This document shows positions 25,447 through 31,821 of a stretch of 31,821 nucleotides of DNA, in pieces (the first letter of the stretch is position 1; every line of letters starts with the position of its first letter). The DNA is from Candidatus Thorarchaeota archaeon (GTDB lineage: Archaea > Asgardarchaeota > Thorarchaeia > Thorarchaeales > Thorarchaeaceae). The notes under the pieces are model-generated. The model saw only the letters and a program-made list of their open reading frames with translations. It had not been told where the DNA came from and did no database searches. The translations under genes and the position numbers were made by a program. The stretch is from positions 1 through 31,821 of the forward strand of contig JAEORO010000023.1 of assembly GCA_016840855.1 (NCBI GenBank). The letters are read 5' to 3'.

Positions 25447-25586
25447 ATATTAAATCTACATACCCGAACTATTTGTGCTACCCGAACCAATTGCTTTTTT
25501 AGGGCAACTTAGAGGTTTTTCGAGTATCAGACAGAGTATGAGTATGTCCCTTCAATGTTCGAGAAACTGTATTTTCTTGGAATTGA

Positions 25587-27191
25587 ATGAATTACTCAAA
25601 GATTGGAGGATTAGATTTGTCCCAGACACAAAAAGGCTGGAGAGATAGCAATTGGTACCATGGTCTATCCAATTTTATGCGAGAGTACCGTAAACATAGG
25701 ATTGGAATCATTGGACTAATTATTATGTTCATTTTCTTTGGTATGGCAATATTCGCACCATATTTGGGAACCTCGGATCCAAATCCGTTGAAAACGATTG
25801 CTCCCACATACTTGGCACCGTCGTGGATGAGTGTTTTTGATCCTCAAGGTGTTGTTACTGACAGCTACTTGTCAAGGTCCGACTTGAACACTGAACCTCG
25901 TATTCGTGTTAACGGCACAAGTGGTGAGTTTAGTGCCACATACCATCAAACAACCGGAGATGATGATGCAAGTTATGTTAATTTGACATGGCAACATGAG
26001 GCGGGGACGCAATTAGAATACAATGGTCCCGATCCTGCAGGAATCTATCCGGACTACAGTGATTTTATCTACTTTGAACAAGCATTTGAATGGCCATGGA
26101 ATGGTATGCCAAGTGGGATGAACATGACAGTTTCATTTGGCACAACACGAACCGGTGATTTCGCACCAGGTGCAAAGCCAGGGAATAATCTAATGTTCCT
26201 ACTTTATGTCTGGATTGTTGACTCCTCAGATGAGTGGAACATGGTCTATGAATCCCGAGATTTCACATATTCAGAACTTATACAGGAACGCAGAATCCCA
26301 ATATCATTCATCGACATCAAAAAGACCTTCGAAGGTATGATTCTTGTCAATGGCACGCAACCGGATAGAAACGACACCGTAAAAGTCCGTGTCGGAATGG
26401 CTCCATTTCGAAACTTTGAGAGCTATGGTGGTATCATTCCTTGGGAAAACTACACTGGTAGTGTAACCTTCACAGTGACAGGTGTTCAGCTTATTGCTTA
26501 CGGAGGCTACTTTGGGGCACTTGGAACTACATTCTGGGGTGCAGATGCATATTCGCAGCTCATCTATGGAAGCCGAGTTTCGTTGGTAATAGGGATTCTA
26601 GCTACGGGACTATCAACGATTGTAGGTGTGATAGTAGGACTTGTTGCGGGATATTTTGGAGGAAAGGTGGACGAAGTTCTAATGCGCTTTGTTGATTTCC
26701 TTCTGGTAATACCGGGATTGCCGCTAATGATGGTGTTGGCGATTTTCCTCGGAGAATCGACACAAAATATCATCATTGTGATAGCTATATTGGGTTGGAC
26801 TGGAACTGCTCGACTTATACGATCGCAGGTTCTTGCTGAAAAGAATAAAGCCTACGTGGAATCAGCAAGAGCGATAGGTGCTACTGACACCTATATCATG
26901 TTCAGGCATATCCTTCCAAATGTGACACCGATTCTGTTTGCAAATATCACTCTTGGTGTAGTCGGTGCAATCCTTGCAGAAGCTGGATTATCATTCCTTG
27001 GTCTGACCAATATTGAAGAACCAAGTTGGGGTAGGATGTTAGCAGATGCTCAACAGGGATTGGCTTTCACCAGAGGCGCATGGTGGGTTGTCCTGTTCCC
27101 CGGCTTGATGATAACGCTTCTCTCTCTCTCCTTCACTTTTGTTGGTCACACACTGGATCAGGTTTTGAACCCACGATTACGTGAGAGATAG
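25587..27191 (+). CDS. oppC: Oligopeptide ABC transporter permease with large extracellular insertion
   Basis: LGTTFWGADAYSQLIYGSRVSL, YVESARAIGA (EAA loop), HILPN and AEAGLSFLGL. Likely start TTG 25617 after GGAGGA. Confidence 0.93.
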   Translation: MNYSKIGGLDLSQTQKGWRDSNWYHGLSNFMREYRKHRIGIIGLIIMFIFFGMAIFAPYLGTSDPNPLKTIAPTYLAPSWMSVFDPQGVVTDSYLSRSDLNTEPRIRVNGTSGEFSATYHQTTGDDDASYVNLTWQHEAGTQLEYNGPDPAGIYPDYSDFIYFEQAFEWPWNGMPSGMNMTVSFGTTRTGDFAPGAKPGNNLMFLLYVWIVDSSDEWNMVYESRDFTYSELIQERRIPISFIDIKKTFEGMILVNGTQPDRNDTVKVRVGMAPFRNFESYGGIIPWENYTGSVTFTVTGVQLIAYGGYFGALGTTFWGADAYSQLIYGSRVSLVIGILATGLSTIVGVIVGLVAGYFGGKVDEVLMRFVDFLLVIPGLPLMMVLAIFLGESTQNIIIVIAILGWTGTARLIRSQVLAEKNKAYVESARAIGATDTYIMFRHILPNVTPILFANITLGVVGAILAEAGLSFLGLTNIEEPSWGRMLADAQQGLAFTRGAWWVVLFPGLMITLLSLSFTFVGHTLDQVLNPRLRER

Positions 27192-27205
27192 TGAATTTGA
27201 TACGT

Positions 27206-27235
27206 ATGGAGATGGCGGTTTGCCCGCCTCTCCAT
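27206..27235 (+). terminator. Hairpin + pyrimidine tract after oppC
   Basis: ATGGAGA-t-GGCGG-tttgc-CCGCC-TCTCCAT followed by cctctttctcaattt. Confidence 0.6.
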
Positions 27236-27341
27236 CCTCTTTCTCAATTTCATCTTGTTGCCAGCCTTGAACACTACTTTTATAAGCCTCTGACCTACTC
27301 GCAAGACACCTCAGTACTTAGTATCACTATGTACTAAAACA

Positions 27342-28418
27342 ATGGAGTGTCAAGAAATGGGACTTCGTGAGTATGTGATTAGACGTAGCATCTACATGTT
27401 TCTCTTAATAGTAGCAGTGGTATGCTTTAACTTCTTCCTCTTCAGACTCCCGACCTTTTTGTTTGGGGCTAATCCCATCAGTCTCATGCTCAGCGATGAG
27501 CTCCGTCGTAACCTAACACAGGACTTACTGGAACAGATGTATGCCAACTTTGGACTTGTAATGAATCCTGACATCTTTGACTGGATCTACATGTTCTGGC
27601 GTTACCTTGTCAGTATGTTCACTGGGAATTTTGGAGTTTCATTTCTGACCCAAAGACCAGTTATGGATTCAATCGTTGAACGACTCCCCAACACATTGCT
27701 ATTGATGGGTACCTCCTCAATGGTTGCTATCTTACTTGGTATCTGGACTGGTGTAAAGGTAGCTTCAGATCCAGGATCAAGAAAAGATATTGGAGCTGTC
27801 ACTGTCGCCTTATTCATCTATGCCTTGCCGGTCTTTTGGTTAGGAATGGTACTTCTGATGTTCTTTGGCTATATTCTTCCCCAATGGACTCAGGCAACCT
27901 TTGGCGTGACTATTGGGTTCCCACAGTTTGGGACAATCAGTTATGAGGTCTGGGAAGTTGCTAGATCAAGTCCATTTGGAGCTTTAATGGTTGCTGGGGA
28001 TGTGCTTCACCACCTCTTCTTGCCTATGCTCACTCTGGGCGTTGGTGGTTATGGTGGCTATTTCCTATACATGCGTAACAATCTCATAGATGTTATGACA
28101 GAGGATTACATACTAACAGCACGGGCAAAAGGTCTGGACGAGAATCAAGTATTATACAAGCATGGTATGAAAAATGCAATGCTACCAATGGTGACTGTTA
28201 TCGCATTGACCTTTGGATTCCTGATAAATGGAGCGACACTAACAGAAACGGTCTTCACTTGGAGAGGATTAGGTCGTTTCATCTTCGAGAGTCTTGTAGC
28301 TTTAGATTATCCTGTGGTTCAAGCAATCTTCATGATTATTGCAATCACTGCAATCCTGGCGAATTTTGTTGCCGACCTGCTTTATGGAGTACTTGACCCT
28401 CGAATCAAATATGGATAA
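27342..28418 (+). CDS. oppB: Oligopeptide ABC transporter permease
   Basis: GNFGVSF, RLPNTLLL, EDYILTARAKGL, TETVFTWRGLG and DLLYGVLDPRI. Likely start ATG 27357. Confidence 0.95.
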   Translation: MECQEMGLREYVIRRSIYMFLLIVAVVCFNFFLFRLPTFLFGANPISLMLSDELRRNLTQDLLEQMYANFGLVMNPDIFDWIYMFWRYLVSMFTGNFGVSFLTQRPVMDSIVERLPNTLLLMGTSSMVAILLGIWTGVKVASDPGSRKDIGAVTVALFIYALPVFWLGMVLLMFFGYILPQWTQATFGVTIGFPQFGTISYEVWEVARSSPFGALMVAGDVLHHLFLPMLTLGVGGYGGYFLYMRNNLIDVMTEDYILTARAKGLDENQVLYKHGMKNAMLPMVTVIALTFGFLINGATLTETVFTWRGLGRFIFESLVALDYPVVQAIFMIIAITAILANFVADLLYGVLDPRIKYG

Positions 28419-28431
28419 AATTATTTTACAC

Positions 28432-28450
28432 AGGGGGCGCTATGCTCCCT
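28432..28450 (+). terminator. Hairpin + pyrimidine tract after oppB
   Basis: AGGGGGC-gctat-GCTCCCT (one G-U pair) followed by cttctatttctttct. Confidence 0.5.
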
Positions 28451-28599
28451 CTTCTATTTCTTTCTCAATCACAAAATATACTTCTCATCATGATGTGTTG
28501 CTGTACACAACGGTTACGACATACACAACCCTTTTATTACCCTCTCACTGATGAACTGCATCCGATTTCGACTCGGAATGGAAAGGAGATAGAGAGAAC

Positions 28600-30468
28600 A
28601 TGAATATTGATCGCAAAAAGCGTCTTCTCGGTATCACCTTTGTCGCAGCTTTTCTCTTTATGGCGCTCTCGCCTGCACTTGGTGTTGCGCAAATAACAGC
28701 ACCAAAGGGCCTTAATGTAGGTCCTAGTGTTGACAAAGTTGTGTTCAGGGTGGTAGTTGGGAATGACCAGCTGGTTCTCGCGCTCCAAGGTGGTGTAGTT
28801 GACCTACACGACGGCTTCTTTAATCCAGATACCTATGCCGTCTTGGACGCAGATCCGAATCTAAACATAGTTGATGACGTACTCCGTAATGGGTATGGTC
28901 ACATCAAAATAAACACTGCCAAGGCTCCAATGAACTGGACAGCCTTCCGTCGGGCTTTCGCTTTTGCCTATGACAAGGCACGAGTCCAGACTGACATTTT
29001 CCTAGGTTTATCGCAACTCCATGACTCACTAGTTGTGGCCACAAACGACCTCTTCTGTATTGAAGATCAGCTTGAATGGCACTACTACAATCCTGAGGTT
29101 GCAATGGGAAATCAATTATTGGACGATGCAGGGTTCGACATTGATCCCATATCGGGATTCCGTAATGATCCGAATGGTAATCCAATTCACATCGAAGTGG
29201 CATACTCTCCATCCTCACCTGCAATTGCAGGAGGTTCAGCTCAAGTCGGTGTTGATGCTCTCAGGGCAATGCACATTGACGCAGACACAAACCAGGAAGA
29301 CTTCAACACATATATCTCAAACCTGGATCAGCATGGAGATTACGACATGATCTTCTTCGCCACTACCTTCTATGGCAAAGATCTTGACTGGATGGTATAT
29401 GAGTTCGGTTCAGAGTGGGCTGATGTACCTTATCAGAATCCAACAAACTTCAGGAACGAAACTGTAGATATCGCTCTACAAGCTATCTTGGATTCAGTCA
29501 CATATGAGGACGCCTATGATGCTTGTGCTGAAGTCCAGAGATTACTCCATTATGAGGTACCAACTCTCATCATCTATGAGAACATGTACCTACAAGCATA
29601 TAGAAACGATCAGTTCACAGGTATTGTACCTGATGCAGGTAGATACGTCCACGGTAAATGGACCTTAAACAAGATCCACAAGTTGGATGGTACCTATGGT
29701 GGTACAGTATCAGTGGCACTTGGCCAAGAACCAGACAGCTTTAACATCTTCACTACAAACTCAGGTTACTCAGCTGAAGTTCTGAACACCATTTGGTCTT
29801 CACTTTATGACTTCGGTCCTGACCTGAATCCATACCCTGTCTTGGCTGAGAGTTATCTCGAGGAAACCCACGCTGATAATACAGATGTTCCTATTGGACA
29901 TCACAGATTCACAATTGACATCATTCAGAACGCAACATGGAGTGATGGTACTCATCTAACTGCTGAAGATGTAGCATTCACATTCACCTATCTGTTCGAG
30001 AGTGGTGCACTTGGTAATCCTGGTGGTGTTGACCTCGGTAATCTAGTTGCTGCATATGCTCCTTCAACATACCGTGTTGTCGTTGAGTATGGTGTTGAGA
30101 GCTACTGGAACTTTGGAACATGGGCATACAAGACAATCATTCCAAAGCACATCTTTGAGCCTGGTGCTGGCATCGGCTACGAAGGTTGGAATACTTGGAA
30201 CCCAGAGTTCAATCCAGCTGACCCCAACGTGAATCTCGGTCCTTACGTGTTTACTGACATGGAAGCTGGTGAGTTCTACGAGGTTACACACAATCCATTG
30301 TGGGCATACTATCCTCAGGATCGAATAGAACCCACAGGACCCACAACTCCCACAACTCCTACTGACGGTGGAGGCGGAATTGACTACACACTTGCAATTG
30401 TTGCAGGTGCAGTTGGTGCCGCTGTTGTGATTCTTGTTGGTGGTTTCGTACTACTGAGACAGAAGTAG
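28600..30468 (+). CDS. oppA: Family-5 (OppA/DppA) substrate-binding protein, circularly permuted, with C-terminal TM anchor
   Basis: Signal peptide, then FRRAFAFAYD, WSDGTHLTAEDVAFTF and LGPY. Ends in a PT-rich linker, a TM helix and RQK. Confidence 0.9.
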   Translation: MNIDRKKRLLGITFVAAFLFMALSPALGVAQITAPKGLNVGPSVDKVVFRVVVGNDQLVLALQGGVVDLHDGFFNPDTYAVLDADPNLNIVDDVLRNGYGHIKINTAKAPMNWTAFRRAFAFAYDKARVQTDIFLGLSQLHDSLVVATNDLFCIEDQLEWHYYNPEVAMGNQLLDDAGFDIDPISGFRNDPNGNPIHIEVAYSPSSPAIAGGSAQVGVDALRAMHIDADTNQEDFNTYISNLDQHGDYDMIFFATTFYGKDLDWMVYEFGSEWADVPYQNPTNFRNETVDIALQAILDSVTYEDAYDACAEVQRLLHYEVPTLIIYENMYLQAYRNDQFTGIVPDAGRYVHGKWTLNKIHKLDGTYGGTVSVALGQEPDSFNIFTTNSGYSAEVLNTIWSSLYDFGPDLNPYPVLAESYLEETHADNTDVPIGHHRFTIDIIQNATWSDGTHLTAEDVAFTFTYLFESGALGNPGGVDLGNLVAAYAPSTYRVVVEYGVESYWNFGTWAYKTIIPKHIFEPGAGIGYEGWNTWNPEFNPADPNVNLGPYVFTDMEAGEFYEVTHNPLWAYYPQDRIEPTGPTTPTTPTDGGGGIDYTLAIVAGAVGAAVVILVGGFVLLRQK

Positions 30469-30478
30469 TTTACATTAA

Positions 30479-30497
30479 AGGGGACATTCTGTCCCCT
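30479..30497 (+). terminator. Hairpin + T tract after oppA
   Basis: AGGGGACA-ttc-TGTCCCCT, a perfect 8-bp stem, followed by cctctcttatttttc. Confidence 0.7.
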
Positions 30498-30619
30498 CCT
30501 CTCTTATTTTTCATTGATAGTCAGTTAGACATGAACATGTCCTATTAGAAGAGTACAAATTGCGTGAAAGAGAGTCCCTTTAATGTAAAATTAATGTCAA
30601 ACTGTGAAGGGATTTCTAC

Positions 30620-31492
30620 ATGAAGCTTGACAGACAAAGATTTGAAGTGATTCTAATCTCAATTATCCCGCTTATCATTGGTGCTGGATTAGCCTTGCTT
30701 ATTATTACTTCAGGAGGGCTTGGAGACATTCTTGCTCGGAACTCGCAAGTTTTCTCACTCACTGATATTACAATTCAAGCTATTGTATCAACAGGCCTTG
30801 GGACACTCGTCGTAGTCGCTCTCTTCTATACAATTCAAAGACAAGGGCCAAAAGCAAAACGAACAATTATCGCGTTTATTGTATCTCCCGTTCTAACTGT
30901 CTCTTTCTATATTATTGGCCAGTCATTACTTCTGATTATCATTAAAGGAGCTACGCAATCCATCTGGCCTAGTATCTTTTCGGTAGCTACATTAGGAGTG
31001 CTTCTTATGTCATTCTCTTTTATTATGATGGACTCTGTCCCTTCATATCTTAGAAATTTCTTTGTAGCATTTTATGGAAGTGTTTTCGGGACTTTTCTTG
31101 GAATTATTTTTCTCACAGTGAGTATGTTCGTTCTTGTGATTTCAGTTGTTGTTGAAGATTATTTTCTCACTAGGTTTTCTCCGGCTGCTGAATCTGCTAT
31201 TTTAATCGACACACCTGGAGCAGATCCCTTCGATTACACTAGAATTCAATCTAAAGCTTCAGCTGTCGGCGTGGGGGACTATATTGCTTTTTCCTTAATA
31301 TCCGCGCATTCTTTACTTTTCTTCCCTCTTCATGTCTGGGCAATGTCCATATTGTTAGCGATTGTGGGAATTATTATCAACATAACAGTGATTGCTCGTG
31401 AAAATGAAATTCTACCTGGGATACCTCTTCCAGCACTGTTAGCTCTATTTCCTTGGGTAGTTCATTTAATATCTCTACCTTTACTTGCTTGA
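30620..31492 (+). CDS. Presenilin/signal-peptide-peptidase-like GxGD intramembrane aspartyl protease
   Basis: About 9 TM helices. First Asp in VVEDYF (YD-equivalent), then VGVGDY (GxGD), and a PAL-equivalent LPGIPLP near the C-terminus. Confidence 0.7.
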   Translation: MKLDRQRFEVILISIIPLIIGAGLALLIITSGGLGDILARNSQVFSLTDITIQAIVSTGLGTLVVVALFYTIQRQGPKAKRTIIAFIVSPVLTVSFYIIGQSLLLIIIKGATQSIWPSIFSVATLGVLLMSFSFIMMDSVPSYLRNFFVAFYGSVFGTFLGIIFLTVSMFVLVISVVVEDYFLTRFSPAAESAILIDTPGADPFDYTRIQSKASAVGVGDYIAFSLISAHSLLFFPLHVWAMSILLAIVGIIINITVIARENEILPGIPLPALLALFPWVVHLISLPLLA

Positions 31493-31557
31493 AACCTCTT
31501 CTGCGTGAAGCAAAAGGAACATATTGTAATGATAGGCGTTCTCGGTTGTGAATTGAA

Positions 31558-31821
31558 ATGATCTCGAGTGATCGCTCCCAGAATGTTATTGTTTCGTTTG
31601 TCATCATAGCTGCATTAGTAAGCTCAGTATTTCTTGTCAGCAATGCACAATATTATAGTGGTAGCTATATTCTGGCCGGTAGGATGGAAGTAATCATTGT
31701 AAATACTGTTGTGAGTAATGTTGACCCAACAAATGAATCGATTTTTCCCGGACTATCATTCACCTTCAATTTTCGCACTGATTCTCCAACTGAAGGTAAT
31801 GTAAAGTTGACATACATTGGA
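31558..31821 (+). CDS. Membrane-anchored protein, 5' part only (runs off the window)
   Basis: ATG 31558 is open to the edge: MISSDRSQNVIVSFVIIAALVSSVFLVSNAQYYSG...LSFTFNFRTDSPTEGNVKLTYIG, an N-terminal TM followed by beta-rich sequence. Confidence 0.65.
   Translation, partial: MISSDRSQNVIVSFVIIAALVSSVFLVSNAQYYSGSYILAGRMEVIIVNTVVSNVDPTNESIFPGLSFTFNFRTDSPTEGNVKLTYIG

Noticed and set aside
30325-30365. Short tandem repeat (cccacaact-like units)
   Set aside because: It encodes the PTGPTTPTTPT linker of OppA and is not a CRISPR or mobile repeat.

Overview
Archaeal chromosome segment, about 40% GC, with GGAGG/GGTG Shine-Dalgarno (SD) sites and many TTG/GTG starts. Gene content points to an Asgard archaeon, most likely Thorarchaeia (inference). 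I found no rRNA, tRNA, CRISPR or mobile element. From left to right: (1) an E2F/DP-like winged-helix and coiled-coil protein; (2) an uncharacterised ~10.5 kb cluster (1327-11877) with four vWA proteins, three of them fused to CDC48/p97-type N-domains with no ATPase, plus a metal-dependent amidohydrolase, two coiled-coil proteins and a HEAT protein with UBM-like repeats. The 885-aa gene in this cluster is a divergently transcribed, fused copy of the neighbouring amidohydrolase + CDC48N-vWA pair with both active sites degenerate; (3) membrane proteostasis genes (CPBP protease, NfeD, SPFH); (4) an ECF S-component with a divergent wHTH/pseudo-PfkB regulator, and DUF92; (5) a 1147-aa GCS2/YbdK-type carboxylate-amine ligase with a long Ig-like tail, next to a degenerate N-formylglutamate amidohydrolase-like protein; (6) a split Opp/Dpp ABC transporter with a circularly permuted binding protein; (7) a presenilin-like GxGD protease. 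The best candidate for a new system is the CDC48N-vWA/amidohydrolase complex, possibly linked to the Ig-tailed ligase. All family calls come from motif recognition by eye, with no database searches.
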